A DNA stretch of 64,000 nucleotides from Dehalococcoidia bacterium (GTDB lineage Bacteria > Chloroflexota > Dehalococcoidia > Bin125), in contig OY820591.1 of assembly GCA_963555985.3 (NCBI GenBank), positions 992,001-1,056,000 on the forward strand, given 5' to 3'. Below, one piece after another: positions 31,747 through 42,360 of this stretch. Every line of letters starts with the position of its first letter. Position 1 is the stretch's first letter. The position numbers were made by a program, and so were the translations under genes. A model generated the notes under the pieces. The model was given only the letters and a program-made list of their open reading frames with translations, was not told the DNA's origin and searched no databases.

Positions 31747-34700
31747 CTAATGTGGCGCCGGTTCGGCGGCGCTGCTTGCCTCTCTCTCGCCGTTCGAGGA
31801 CGCCCCCGAGCGGCCGTTTGCGGCCGATCCGCCGTTTCGATTCACTCCATGCTCACCGTCCACGTTGGACGCAAGCGCTGTCCGTCCATTGACCGCCGGC
31901 GGGTGCAGGGCCAGCACATCGCGCAGAAACTGCCCGGTAAAACTCGCCTCAACCTCCGCAACCTGCTCCGGAGTCCCGGTCGCGACCACTTCACCCCCAC
32001 GATCGCCCCCCAACGGCCCCAGATCAATGATCCAGTCCGCGTTCTTGATCACGTCGAGGTGATGCTCGATCACCACCACCGTGTTGCCGCCGTCAACCAG
32101 GCGCTGCAAGACCCCTAGCAGCGCCTCCACATCATGGAACGACAGCCCCGTCGTAGGTTCATCCAGCAGATACAACGTCCGCCCCGTTGAGCGCTTCGAA
32201 AGCTCCGTGCTCAGCTTGACCCGCTGCGCCTCGCCGCCGGAAAGCGTGGTCGCCGGCTGACCCAGCCGGATGTAGCCCAGCCCGACCGCTTGCAGCGTCC
32301 GCAGCTTGCGCGAGATCGCTGGATGCGCGTCGAACAGCTCTACGGCCTCGTCCACCGTCAGGTTCAGCACGTCGGCGATCGTGTGATCCTTGTAGCGAAT
32401 CTCCAACGCCTCGCGGTTGTAGCGGTCGCCGTGGCAAACCTCGCAGGGCACGGTCACGTCGGGCAGGAACTGCATCTCGATCGTGTTGTACCCGTCACCG
32501 CGGCAGGCTTCGCAGCGTCCGCCCTTGACGTTGAACGAGAACCGACCCGGCTTGTAGCCGCGCATTCGCGCTTCGGGCACCGACGCGAACAACTCCCGCA
32601 CCGGAGTGAACAAGCCCGTGTATGTGGCCGGATTCGAGCGCGGCGTGCGCCCGATCGGCGACTGGTCGATATCGATCACCTTGTCGATCGCGTCTAGCCC
32701 CTCCAACCCTGTCATCGCACCCGGCCGTCTGCGTGCGCCGTGCAACTGCTGGGCCGCGCTCGCATGGAGCAGGTCATTGACGAGCGTGCTCTTCCCCGAG
32801 CCTGAAACGCCCGTCACGCAGATCAACGTGCCCAGCGGGAAACCCGCATCGATCCCGCGCAGGTTGTGCTCAGTCGCGCCCCGCACCCAAAGCGTGTCGC
32901 CGTTGCCCGGCCGCCGCTCCGGCGGCATCGGTATGCTGCGCCGCCCGCTGAGATATGCGCCCGTCATCGATCCTTCGTGCTCCATGATCAACGACGGCGG
33001 CCCGGCCGCGACAATGTGGCCGCCGGCTTCGCCCGCGCCCGGTCCCATGTCCACGATGTAATCGGCCGCCCGCATCGTCGCTTCGTCGTGCTCCACGATC
33101 AGCACCGTGTTGCCCAGATCGCGCAGCCGCTTGAGCGTGCGGATCAGGCGCTCGTCGTCCAGCGGGTGCAAGCCAATTGAAGGCTCGTCGCAGACATAAA
33201 GCACCCCCATCAACGAAGAGCCGATCTGCGTCGCCAATCGAATCCGCTGCGCTTCCCCGCCCGAAAGCGTGCCCGCCGCCCGATCCAGGGTCAGGTAATC
33301 CAGCCCCACATCAACTAGGAACGTCAACCGCTCGCGGATCTCCTTCAGAATCTGAACCGCGATCGTCTGCTCACGCGGCGAGAGCGGCGAGCTCTCCCCG
33401 TTCAGCCGCTCCGACCAATCTCGCGCCGCCGCGACCGAGAGCCGCGTCACATCCACAATCGAGCGCGCGTCCACCTGTACCGCTCGCGATTCCGGTTTCA
33501 GCCGCGCCCCGCCGCAGGCGCTGCAATCCACAGCGGTCATGTAGCGCTCAATCTCCGCCCGCGACCAGTCCGAGTCCGTCTCTTTATGGCGGCGCGCGAG
33601 ATTGTGGATCACGCCCTCGTACTGAGTCTCATAGCGTCGCTGACGCCCCCGGTGATTGACGAAATCAACCACAATCGGCTCGGGCAGCCCGTAGAGCACT
33701 GCCTCGACCGCCTCCGACGGCAACTCCGCGAACGGTGTATCCGTCTCCCCCCCGAACTGCCCCAACACCGTCTCCATCATCTGCCGATACCAGCCCATGC
33801 TCCCGTTCGAGCGCGACCATGGCGCCACCGCGCCGCCGTCCAACGACTTGTTCATGTCGGGAATCACCAGCGCCGGATCCACCTCCATCGTCTGTCCCAG
33901 ACCGGTGCATTCCGCGCATGCCCCGTGCGGAGAGTTGAAGGAAAAACTGCGCGGCTCGATCTCGCCCAGCGCAAACATGTCGCGCGGACAGGCCAGCTGC
34001 TCGGAAAAAATCCGATCCTCATCCTCATCCAACACTCGCACGCGCACGATCCCGTCGCCCAGACCCAGCGCCTGCTCGATCGAGTCGGAGAGGCGGTTGG
34101 CAAGCGCCTGTCGAGCGTCCCGATCCGGTTCATCCTCTGGCAGTGCGATCCGATCCACGACCACATCAATCGAATGCCGCTTGTTCTTCTCTAGCTCGAT
34201 CTCCTCGTCCAACGAACGCACTTCGCCATCCACCCGCGCCCGCACGAAACCGCGGCTTCGCGCCTCCTCCAACACCTGCTGATGTTCGCCCTTGCGGTCG
34301 CGCACGACTGGTCCCAACACCATCAACCGCCGCCCCGCGCCCAGCGAGAGCACGCTATCCACCATCTGTTGCACCGTCTGCTGCGCAATCGGATCGCCGC
34401 AGATCGGACAGTGCGGCCGCCCCGCCCGCGCGAAGAGCAACCGCAAGTAGTCGTAAATCTCTGTCACCGTGCCCACGGTCGAGCGCGGATTGCGCGAGCC
34501 CGTCTTCTGATCGATCGAGATCGCCGGCGAGAGACCCTCGATGTAGTCCACATCGGGCTTCTCCATCCGCCCCAAAAACTGCCGCGCATACGCCGAAAGC
34601 GACTCGACATAGCGCCGCTGACCTTCCGCATAGATCGTGTCGAACGCCAGCGATGACTTGCCCGACCCCGACAACCCCGTGATCACCACAAGCTGATCAC

Positions 34701-34773
34701 GAGGAAGCTCGACATCGATGTCCTTCAGGTTGTGCTCGCGCGCGCCCCGCACAATGATCCGATCAGAAGGCAC
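31747..34773 (-). CDS. uvrA: Excinuclease ABC subunit A
   Basis: [16 protein letters not shown], two LSGGEAQR signatures, zinc fingers. Confidence 0.97.
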   Translation of the reverse strand: MPSDRIIVRGAREHNLKDIDVELPRDQLVVITGLSGSGKSSLAFDTIYAEGQRRYVESLSAYARQFLGRMEKPDVDYIEGLSPAISIDQKTGSRNPRSTVGTVTEIYDYLRLLFARAGRPHCPICGDPIAQQTVQQMVDSVLSLGAGRRLMVLGPVVRDRKGEHQQVLEEARSRGFVRARVDGEVRSLDEEIELEKNKRHSIDVVVDRIALPEDEPDRDARQALANRLSDSIEQALGLGDGIVRVRVLDEDEDRIFSEQLACPRDMFALGEIEPRSFSFNSPHGACAECTGLGQTMEVDPALVIPDMNKSLDGGAVAPWSRSNGSMGWYRQMMETVLGQFGGETDTPFAELPSEAVEAVLYGLPEPIVVDFVNHRGRQRRYETQYEGVIHNLARRHKETDSDWSRAEIERYMTAVDCSACGGARLKPESRAVQVDARSIVDVTRLSVAAARDWSERLNGESSPLSPREQTIAVQILKEIRERLTFLVDVGLDYLTLDRAAGTLSGGEAQRIRLATQIGSSLMGVLYVCDEPSIGLHPLDDERLIRTLKRLRDLGNTVLIVEHDEATMRAADYIVDMGPGAGEAGGHIVAAGPPSLIMEHEGSMTGAYLSGRRSIPMPPERRPGNGDTLWVRGATEHNLRGIDAGFPLGTLICVTGVSGSGKSTLVNDLLHASAAQQLHGARRRPGAMTGLEGLDAIDKVIDIDQSPIGRTPRSNPATYTGLFTPVRELFASVPEARMRGYKPGRFSFNVKGGRCEACRGDGYNTIEMQFLPDVTVPCEVCHGDRYNREALEIRYKDHTIADVLNLTVDEAVELFDAHPAISRKLRTLQAVGLGYIRLGQPATTLSGGEAQRVKLSTELSKRSTGRTLYLLDEPTTGLSFHDVEALLGVLQRLVDGGNTVVVIEHHLDVIKNADWIIDLGPLGGDRGGEVVATGTPEQVAEVEASFTGQFLRDVLALHPPAVNGRTALASNVDGEHGVNRNGGSAANGRSGASSNGEREASSAAEPAPH

Positions 34774-34814
34774 ACATCACTCCTCTCGACGCCATTGCAA
34801 CAGGCCCCGGCCCC

Positions 34815-34888
34815 GTCATTCCCGCGAAGCGGGGATCTTGCTCCCTATCGGGTGGAAGCCGGATTCCAGCTCAAGCATGGAATGACGA
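34815..34888. repeat. REP doublet between divergent uvrA and polA
   Basis: GTCATTCCCGCGAAGCGGGGATC...GATTCCAGCTCAAGCATGGAATGAC. Confidence 0.75.
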
Positions 34889-35001
34889 AGTCAGGTTCTG
34901 CAAAGGTCTCCGTTCACCAGCGCTCGTTATCTGGTCAGCGCTTCTGTCCTACGGTATCAGCGACGCCGCCTCCGCGTCCCGCCGCTGCCTATACTCGATT
35001 C

Positions 35002-37785
35002 ATGCCCACCGAAACCGAGACCGCCGCCCTCATCCCGCCGCAACCGCGCATCGTCATCTTCGACGCCTACGCGCTCATCTTCCGCGCCTACTTCGCCATG
35101 CAGCGCGCCAATCTGCGCACCAGCGGCGGCGAGCCCACCGGAGCCGTGCGCGGCTTCACCGCGACTCTGCTCCACATCATCAACACGCTGGAGCCAACCC
35201 ACGCTGCCTACGCCTTCGATGTCAGCGATGAAACCCTCTTCCGCCGCGAGACCTATCCCGAGTACAAGGCGCACCGCGAGCCGATGCCCGAGGACCTCCC
35301 AGTCCAGATCGAGCGCTGCCGCGAGATCGCCGAAGCCTTCTCGATCCCCATCTACGAAGCGCCCACCTTCGAGGCCGACGATGTGCTCGCAACGCTGGCC
35401 GATCAAGCCGTCGCCGCCGGCCTGGACACCTGGATCTGCACGCTCGACAGCGACCTCTTGCAGCTCGTCTCCGACAACGTGTCCGTCTACCTCTATAACC
35501 CCTACCGAAGCGAGTACATCTCCTACGACGGTCCCGCCGCCGTGCGCGAGAAGTACGACGTCGATCCAGTCCAGATCATCGACTACAAGGCCCTAGTCGG
35601 CGACAAGTCCGACAACATCCCCGGTGTCAAGGGGATCGGCAAGGTCGGCGCGGTCAAGCTGCTCAATCAATACGGCACGGTCGAGGGCATCTACGAGCAC
35701 ATCGCCGAAGTCAAGCCCGCCGGGACCAAGAAAAAGCTCGAAGCCGGCCACGCCGATGCCATTCTGAGCAAAGATCTCGCCACTATCCGCCACGATGCGC
35801 CCGTCCAACTTGACCTGGACGCAGCTGACGTCTCGCATTTCGAGCAGGATGCTGTCCTGAGCAAATTCGACGAGCTCGAATTCCGCACTCTCAAAGACCA
35901 GATCCCCGGCTCAGCCGCCGCGCTCTCAGAAGCCCCAATCGACGACTACGACCTCGTGCTCGACGAAGCGGGACTTCAGCGTTGGCTCGACCAAGCTCGC
36001 AACGCAGCTCTACTCGCGGTCGATCTCGAAACCTCATCCACAAACACGATCGACTGCGAAATCGCCGGCTACGCCCTCGCCGATGGCGAAGGTTCAGCCT
36101 GCTACATCCCCGTCGGACACCGCAACGAGGAGCGCCAACTCTCCCCCGAACTGGTCCGCGACGCGCTCCGTCCCATCCTCGAAGACCCCTCAGTACCCAA
36201 AGTCCTGCACAACGCCAAGTTCGACATGAAGGTGCTGCGCCGGCACGGGATCACCTTGCGCGGCCTCACCCACGACACGATGGTCGCTGCCTTTGTCCTC
36301 AGCGAAGAGCGAGTCGGACTCAAAGACTTGGCCCTCTCTCGGCTCGGCGTCTCGATGACGCCGATCGAAGACCTGATCGGCAAGGGCAAGAAACAGATCT
36401 CAATGGTCGACGTGCCGGCTGCCCAGGCAGGCCCGTATGCCGCCGCCGATGCAGACATGACCCTCCGATTGGCCGGACTGCTGCTCGCACAGCTCGTTGA
36501 CGAACCCAGCCTGGAGACGCTCTACCGCGAACTCGAAATACCCCTGATTCCGCTCCTGGTCGAGATGGAACTGGCCGGCGTCACACTGGACGCTTCCACG
36601 CTGGCCGAGCTCGATCTCACACTCGATCGCGACATCGCCACGATGACCCAAACCGTCTACGAGGACGCTGGCCACGAGTTCAACATCGGCTCGCCCAAGC
36701 AGCTCAGTAGCGTCCTCTTCGACGAACTCAAATTGCCCAAAACCCGCAAAACTTCGCAGGGTTTCTCCACTGATGCGCAACAACTCGAGCGCCTGCGCGA
36801 CGCGCATCCGATCATCGATCACGTCCTCCAGTGGCGCGAACTGACCAAACTTCGCTCCACCTACGTCGAATCCCTGCCCGACGAAATCCAGCCCGCGACC
36901 GGACGCATCCATACCGACTACAACCAGACCGTCGCCGCTACCGGACGCCTCTCCTCCGAACACCCCAACCTCCAGAACATCCCCGTTCGCACTCCCCAAG
37001 GCCGCGAAATCAGAGCCGCCTTCGTCCCCCGGGCGTGGGATACCCTCACCGGCGATGTCTGCTTCGTCAGCGCCGACTATTCCCAGATCGAACTTCGCGT
37101 CCTCGCCCATCTGTCCGCCGACGCCGGTTTGATCGACGCCTTCCAACGCGGCGAGGACATCCACGCCGCCACCGCCTCCGGCGCCTACGGCGTCTCCCTG
37201 GATGATGTCCAGCCGGAGATGCGCCGCGTCGCCAAGATGATGAACTTCGGAGTCATCTACGGACTCTCCGCGCACGGACTCTCTCAGCGCTCAGGCATGG
37301 AACGGCGCGACGCCCAGGCATTCATCAACGCCTACTTCGAGCGCTTTGCCCGGGTCCAGGAGTGGATCGAGGAAACCAAAGCCTCAACCAAAGAACGAGG
37401 CTACGCCGAGACCCTGCTGGGCCGCCGCCGCTACCTCCCCGCCGTCAACTCCTCCAACTTCCAGGCTCGCAGCGCGGCTGAGCGAATGGCAGTCAACATG
37501 CCCGTCCAGGGAACAGCCGCCGACGTGATGAAGCGCGCCATGCTCGACATCGACCAAGCGCTTCGAGACCGCGAATTGCGCTCGCGGATGCTGCTACAGG
37601 TACACGATGAGCTGATCTTCGAGACGCCGGCCGCCGAAGTCCACGACCTCAGCGCGCTGCTCTCCGAGCTCATGCCGGTTGCGATCGAGATGGTGGTCCC
37701 ACTTCAGATCGAAGTCAAGCAAGGCCCGAACTGGCGCGATCTGGAACCGCTCGTCCACACAGACAGCGCAGCGGCAGGAGGCTAA
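35002..37785 (+). CDS. polA: DNA polymerase I
   Basis: 5'-3' exonuclease domain (FRAYFA, EADD, GDKSDNIPGVKGIG), 3'-5' exo-like DLET and HNAKFD, polymerase motifs ADYSQIELR and QVHDEL. ATG lies 6 nt after TATACT. Confidence 0.97.
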   Translation: MPTETETAALIPPQPRIVIFDAYALIFRAYFAMQRANLRTSGGEPTGAVRGFTATLLHIINTLEPTHAAYAFDVSDETLFRRETYPEYKAHREPMPEDLPVQIERCREIAEAFSIPIYEAPTFEADDVLATLADQAVAAGLDTWICTLDSDLLQLVSDNVSVYLYNPYRSEYISYDGPAAVREKYDVDPVQIIDYKALVGDKSDNIPGVKGIGKVGAVKLLNQYGTVEGIYEHIAEVKPAGTKKKLEAGHADAILSKDLATIRHDAPVQLDLDAADVSHFEQDAVLSKFDELEFRTLKDQIPGSAAALSEAPIDDYDLVLDEAGLQRWLDQARNAALLAVDLETSSTNTIDCEIAGYALADGEGSACYIPVGHRNEERQLSPELVRDALRPILEDPSVPKVLHNAKFDMKVLRRHGITLRGLTHDTMVAAFVLSEERVGLKDLALSRLGVSMTPIEDLIGKGKKQISMVDVPAAQAGPYAAADADMTLRLAGLLLAQLVDEPSLETLYRELEIPLIPLLVEMELAGVTLDASTLAELDLTLDRDIATMTQTVYEDAGHEFNIGSPKQLSSVLFDELKLPKTRKTSQGFSTDAQQLERLRDAHPIIDHVLQWRELTKLRSTYVESLPDEIQPATGRIHTDYNQTVAATGRLSSEHPNLQNIPVRTPQGREIRAAFVPRAWDTLTGDVCFVSADYSQIELRVLAHLSADAGLIDAFQRGEDIHAATASGAYGVSLDDVQPEMRRVAKMMNFGVIYGLSAHGLSQRSGMERRDAQAFINAYFERFARVQEWIEETKASTKERGYAETLLGRRRYLPAVNSSNFQARSAAERMAVNMPVQGTAADVMKRAMLDIDQALRDRELRSRMLLQVHDELIFETPAAEVHDLSALLSELMPVAIEMVVPLQIEVKQGPNWRDLEPLVHTDSAAAGG

Positions 37786-37789
37786 TCAA

Positions 37790-38653
37790 ATGGGCGGCAT
37801 CTTTGCCACGATCGGCAACACTTGGCGCATCACCAAGATCAGCTGGCGCGTGCTCCAACTCGACCGCGAACTGATCTTCTTCCCAATCATGGGCACGCTC
37901 GGAGCAATCGTCGTCGGCCTGATTGCCGCCGGCGTCTTTGGCGCCGTCGGTACCTTCGACCGCCTCGGCAGCACCGGTGAGGCCGAGTTCAACATCGTTG
38001 ACGTCATCATCACGCTGATCGCCTACTTTGGCGGCCTCTACATCATCATCTTCTGTAATTCTGCCTTGGTCGCCGCAGCGCGTGAGCGGCTCGAAGGCGG
38101 AGATCCCAACGTCATGTCCGGCATTCGCGCCGTCGCCCCCATGTGGCTCGCCATCCTCGGTTGGACTCTGATCACCGGTACCGTCGGCCTGATCCTGCGA
38201 GCGCTCCAGGCCGCCGCCGAAAATCAGGACAGCCCCGTCGCCCGCATCGTCGGTACGATCCTGATCTCGATCATCGGCGCGGTCTGGGCCTACATCACCT
38301 TCTTCGTCATCCCCGTGTTGGTAGTCGAACGAGTCGGCCCGTTCTCCGCGATCCGGCGCTCCGCCGGCATGTTGCGCCGCAGCTGGGGCGAGCAGGTCAC
38401 CGCCCAATTTTCGTTCTTCTTCATGTACCTGCTCGCCATCCTGATCGTGGCAATCCCCGTCGTGATTCTCGCCTTCATCGCGCCGATCGCCGCAATCATC
38501 GCCGCCGTCATCCTCGGCGGACTGGCGCTCGCCTCCGTCGCCGCGATGGAAGGCATCTTCAAAGCCGCGCTCTACGAGTGGGTTTCCGAGGGCAAGGGCA
38601 GCGAGTGGTTCGACCGCGCCCTCCTCAGCAACGCCTACGCGATCAGGCAGTAG
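37790..38653 (+). CDS. Multi-pass membrane protein (DUF6159-like)
   Basis: Several hydrophobic segments, SWRVL..DRELIFFP, FFVIPVLVVE..GPFSAIRRS...WGE. Confidence 0.7.
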   Translation: MGGIFATIGNTWRITKISWRVLQLDRELIFFPIMGTLGAIVVGLIAAGVFGAVGTFDRLGSTGEAEFNIVDVIITLIAYFGGLYIIIFCNSALVAAARERLEGGDPNVMSGIRAVAPMWLAILGWTLITGTVGLILRALQAAAENQDSPVARIVGTILISIIGAVWAYITFFVIPVLVVERVGPFSAIRRSAGMLRRSWGEQVTAQFSFFFMYLLAILIVAIPVVILAFIAPIAAIIAAVILGGLALASVAAMEGIFKAALYEWVSEGKGSEWFDRALLSNAYAIRQ

Positions 38654-38660
38654 CGCCGGA

Positions 38661-39533
38661 ATGCCTGAACTGCCCGAAGTCGAAACCGTCCGCCGCGAAC
38701 TCGATCCACTCATTCGCGGACGCCGCATTACCGGCTTCGAGCTCGGCGAGGGCGCCGAGCGCCTGCTGCGCGGACGCGCCGCCGCCGAGATTCGCGCCGA
38801 ACTGACCGGCCGCGCCTTCACAGGCGCACGCCGCCGAGGCAAGTACTTAGGGCTCGATCTGGACGACGACCGTTGCTGCGTCGTCCACCTCCGCATGACC
38901 GGCTCGCTCCGCTTCCGAGCGCCCGCTTATCCAACCGAGCGTTTCACCCGCGCCGTCTTCCAACTCGATCATGGCGACCAACTCCGCTTCGTCGACATCC
39001 GCAAATTCGGCACGATCGACGTCGTCGATCAGATGCAGGACGCTCTGCCCGCACTCGGCCCCGAACCGCTCAGTGACGAATTCACCGTCGATGCGCTCTG
39101 GGATTCCTTGCGCGGACGCCACGCGCCCATCAAGGCCGCCCTCCTCGACCAACGCAACATCGCCGGCATCGGCAACATCTACGCCGACGAAGCGCTCTTC
39201 CTCGCCCGCCTCCATCCCGAAGCCCCCGCCGGCTCGCTCCGCCCACCCGAACGCCGCAACCTCCAAGCCGCCATCAGAGAAGTCCTGGAAGAGGGCGTCC
39301 AACACGGCGGCGCATCCTTCCGCGACTACACCAACGTCGAAGGCGAAGAAGGCCAACAGCAGTACTACGTCCGAGTCTTCCGCCGCACCGACCAACCCTG
39401 CGACATCTGCGCAACCACCATCCGCCGAACCATCGTCGCCGGCCGAGCCACCCACTGGTGCCCCAGGTGCCAATCCCCGCGTCAGGCATCCCGCCAGGTC
39501 AAGTCCACCCGGCCCCGGCGTCCGTCACGGTGA
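38661..39533 (+). CDS. mutM: Formamidopyrimidine-DNA glycosylase
   Basis: MPELPEVET, RRGKYL, HLRMTG, GIGNIYADE, C-terminal zinc finger. Confidence 0.96.
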   Translation: MPELPEVETVRRELDPLIRGRRITGFELGEGAERLLRGRAAAEIRAELTGRAFTGARRRGKYLGLDLDDDRCCVVHLRMTGSLRFRAPAYPTERFTRAVFQLDHGDQLRFVDIRKFGTIDVVDQMQDALPALGPEPLSDEFTVDALWDSLRGRHAPIKAALLDQRNIAGIGNIYADEALFLARLHPEAPAGSLRPPERRNLQAAIREVLEEGVQHGGASFRDYTNVEGEEGQQQYYVRVFRRTDQPCDICATTIRRTIVAGRATHWCPRCQSPRQASRQVKSTRPRRPSR

Positions 39534-39558
39534 TAGCCTCCCTCCAACGGAGGCCACC

Positions 39559-40461
39559 GTGACCGCCCAGCGACCCCAGAGCTACCCGCGCCAGCCCTAC
39601 CGGCAGACCGCCGACGATCGCAACCGTGATCTCGCCATTGCCAACTGCGAAGACTGCGGTGACGAATTCGACCTCACCGTCGCCGACCCGCGTGCCCGCG
39701 TCTGCGCTCCCTGCTTCGACCGCTCCCTCCACGCCCTCGAAGTCGCCTTCCTCGACAACTACGCCAAGTTCGGAGCCAAAGCCCACCGCACCGTCGCCGA
39801 AGCCCTCTTCCGCTCACAAGCCCTCGCCGATCCCGACGACCGCAAGGTGATCGGAATGCGCATCGTCGAGGAATACCTCAATGCCGCCCAGGAATTGATG
39901 GCGCTCTACGTTGCCCTCCGCCGCCGCCACGAACAGCCGCTGCTCAAGACCTTCATGAACTTCGAGCTCTCCGCCCCCTCGGTCAGCGCCTTCCGCATCC
40001 TCACCGCTGGGCGAAATTCCGAAGAGCTCTTGCGCGACCTGCAACTCCCCACGCTCGCCGACGTTGACGCCGCCCGCGGCGAAATCCCGCGCAAGGACTG
40101 GCGTCAATTCGCCGCCGCTGTGCTCGCCGTCGGCAACGGCATCGAGCGTGTCCAGAAGGTCGATCAGGGCGTTCTGCTCGAACTTGCCGACGGACTGCGC
40201 CAATCCACCGCTCTCACTCACAAGCTCGATTGGCTCCCCGAACGCCGCATGAACCCTGATCAAGTCGCCCTGATTGTGCTCAATCAGCGCCGCCGCGTCG
40301 TGCTCACCCACGCCCTCGCCATCCACGAGCCGCAGCTCGAAGTCTTCATCGACGCCATCGACAAGATCACCGCCGCCGCCCGCGACCTGATCTGGCTCTA
40401 TCTCCATATGCGCGACACCATGTCGCTCGAAGACAACATGAGCGAAAGAGGATCCGCATGA
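39559..40461 (+). CDS. Hypothetical protein with N-terminal CxxC...CxxC zinc ribbon
   Basis: GGAGG RBS before GTG 39559, core-like codon usage, CEDC...CAPC, stop overlapping the next start (ATGA). Confidence 0.75.
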   Translation: MTAQRPQSYPRQPYRQTADDRNRDLAIANCEDCGDEFDLTVADPRARVCAPCFDRSLHALEVAFLDNYAKFGAKAHRTVAEALFRSQALADPDDRKVIGMRIVEEYLNAAQELMALYVALRRRHEQPLLKTFMNFELSAPSVSAFRILTAGRNSEELLRDLQLPTLADVDAARGEIPRKDWRQFAAAVLAVGNGIERVQKVDQGVLLELADGLRQSTALTHKLDWLPERRMNPDQVALIVLNQRRRVVLTHALAIHEPQLEVFIDAIDKITAAARDLIWLYLHMRDTMSLEDNMSERGSA

Positions 40462-41252
40462 GCGCTTCCCCGTTCTCGCTGGACGGACAGACGATCCTGA
40501 TCTCGGGCGCTGGTCGCGGCATTGGTCGCGCTGCGGCCGAACTCATCGCCCAGATGGGAGCGCGCGTGGCCCTCACCGCGCGCACAGCGCTCCAGGTCGA
40601 GCAGGTTGCCGAAGGCATCCGTGACAACGGCGGCGAAGCCTGGGCCTTCCGCGCCGATGTCGCCGTAATCGAAGACCACCAGTCCCTGCTCGAAGACGTG
40701 GAAGAGACCTGCGGCCCGCTCACCGGCCTGGTCAACGTCGCCGGCATCTCCCCAATCCTCCAGCGTGGCGAGCGCATCACCGCCGAACAGTACGACCAGA
40801 TCCAGAACATCAATCAGCGCGGAACTTTCTTTCTCACCCGCAACTTCGCCGCCCGCCTCATCGAAGCCGGGCGCGGCGGCTCGGTCGTCACCATCTCCTC
40901 CGTCGGTGCCGAATACGGCCTCCCCCGCCAAACCGCCTACGCCATGACCCGCGCCGCCGTCGAAGCCATGACCAAGACTCTCGCCGCCGAATGGGCCCAC
41001 GCTCTCGCCAACCCCATTCGCGTCAACTGCGTCGCCCCCGCCTTCATCGACACTCCCCTCACCGAGCCAATGCCCGGCTGGTACCGCAACCGGGTCGAGC
41101 AGCACACCGCCATGCGACGGCTCGGAGCCGACGACGAAGTTGCCGGAGCCGTCGCCTTCCTCCTCTCTGACGCCGCCAGCTACATCACCGGCACCGTAGT
41201 CCCCGTCACCGGCGGCTACGGTCTCTGGTCCCTGGACGCCCCGCCGACATAA
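40458..41252 (+). CDS. Short-chain dehydrogenase/reductase
   Basis: SGAGRGIG, VNVAG, ISS, YAMTR, IRVNCVAP, SYITG. Confidence 0.9.
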   Translation: MSASPFSLDGQTILISGAGRGIGRAAAELIAQMGARVALTARTALQVEQVAEGIRDNGGEAWAFRADVAVIEDHQSLLEDVEETCGPLTGLVNVAGISPILQRGERITAEQYDQIQNINQRGTFFLTRNFAARLIEAGRGGSVVTISSVGAEYGLPRQTAYAMTRAAVEAMTKTLAAEWAHALANPIRVNCVAPAFIDTPLTEPMPGWYRNRVEQHTAMRRLGADDEVAGAVAFLLSDAASYITGTVVPVTGGYGLWSLDAPPT

Positions 41253-41269
41253 CCCCGTTATCCCGGTTT

Positions 41270-41327
41270 CTCCTCTCCTCCCGCATTGCGGGAGGAGATG
41301 TCACGGAGTGACAGAGGGGGGGTCCGA
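41270..41327. repeat. REP-like palindrome
   Basis: CTCCTCCCGCATTGCGGGAGGAGATGTCACGGAGTGACAGAGGGGGG; same family as 26073-26128 and 49785-49838. Confidence 0.85.
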
Positions 41328-41430
41328 CCACACGTAAGGGCGTCCTCAATCCAACCGCGCAAGGTCCCTCCACATGCGCAACAATGACGAAAACAGTCCC
41401 CCACCAATCGCTGACGAGAAAGCCCCGAAG

Positions 41431-42360
41431 ATGGCCGAAACCTACATCGCCGCCGCGATCCAACACGCCCCCGGCCTCAACCGCGAGGACGGTGTCGCCC
41501 GAGCAGTAGCCGCAATCGAAGCAGCCGCCCGCGAGGGCGCAACACTGATCGTCTTCCCCGAAACCTGGATCCCCTCCTATCCCTACTACCACTCCCGCGC
41601 CGCCGACCGCGCCGCCTTCAGCGCCCTCTACCAAAACACCTTCGAGAACGCCGTCGCCATCCCGGGACCCGACTTCAACCGCATCGCCGACGCCGCAGCC
41701 GTAGCGGGAGCGCACGTGGTGATCGGACTCAACGAGCGAGAACCCCACGCAGGCACGATCTACAACACGCTCGCCTACATCGGCCCCGACGGCTCCCTGC
41801 TCGGAAAACACCGCAAACTGGTCCCCACCCTCTCCGAGCGCCTCATCTGGGGTTACGGCGACGGCTCCGATCTCGATGTCTACGACACCGCCGTCGGACG
41901 TTTGGGCGGCCTAATCTGCTACGAACACCAGATGGCTCCTGCCCGCTACGCCCTCTCCACGCTCGGCATTCAGATACACGCATCCGTTTGGCCCGGCTGG
42001 GACATGCTCCACCCGATTGTTGACGCGGCAACCCGTCATCTCGCCTACGAAAACGCCTGCTACGTCGTGGTCGCACGCGAATTCATGTCGCCGGATCGCC
42101 TCCCCGCCGGAACGCCGCTGGCTGAAGAACCGTTCTGGGACGCAGGCGGCGGCAGCGCCATCATCGCCCCCGGCGGCAAGTACCTGGTCGAGCCCACGAT
42201 CGGCGAAGAGACCATCCTCTACGCCGAGATCGCTCTCTCCGCCACAATCGAGTCCAAGCGCTGGGTCGACAGCGCCGGTCACTACAGCCGCCCCGACGTC
42301 TTCCAACTCCACTGGGATCGTCGCCCCAAGACGCCGCTGGTCATCTATGACGACGAGTAA
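41431..42360 (+). CDS. Nitrilase (carbon-nitrogen hydrolase, branch 1-like)
   Basis: Glu-Lys-Cys triad in VFPETW, HRKLVPT.SERLIWG and LICYEH; DSAGHYSRPDVF. Confidence 0.9.
   Translation: MAETYIAAAIQHAPGLNREDGVARAVAAIEAAAREGATLIVFPETWIPSYPYYHSRAADRAAFSALYQNTFENAVAIPGPDFNRIADAAAVAGAHVVIGLNEREPHAGTIYNTLAYIGPDGSLLGKHRKLVPTLSERLIWGYGDGSDLDVYDTAVGRLGGLICYEHQMAPARYALSTLGIQIHASVWPGWDMLHPIVDAATRHLAYENACYVVVAREFMSPDRLPAGTPLAEEPFWDAGGGSAIIAPGGKYLVEPTIGEETILYAEIALSATIESKRWVDSAGHYSRPDVFQLHWDRRPKTPLVIYDDE

Noticed and set aside
34732-35001. 90-aa N-terminal extension of PolA (and similar extensions of hisF, glyQS, yraN, the S58 peptidase and the 58223-60703 ORF)
   Set aside because: These are upstream in-frame run-ons through repeats or neighbouring genes. 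Homology starts at the downstream ATGs, which have a -10 box, an RBS or coupling to the upstream gene.
34774-35001. LexA box for uvrA/polA
   Set aside because: No GAAC-N4-GTTC-like site was found in the divergent intergenic region. This also tempers the SOS interpretation of the cassette promoters.
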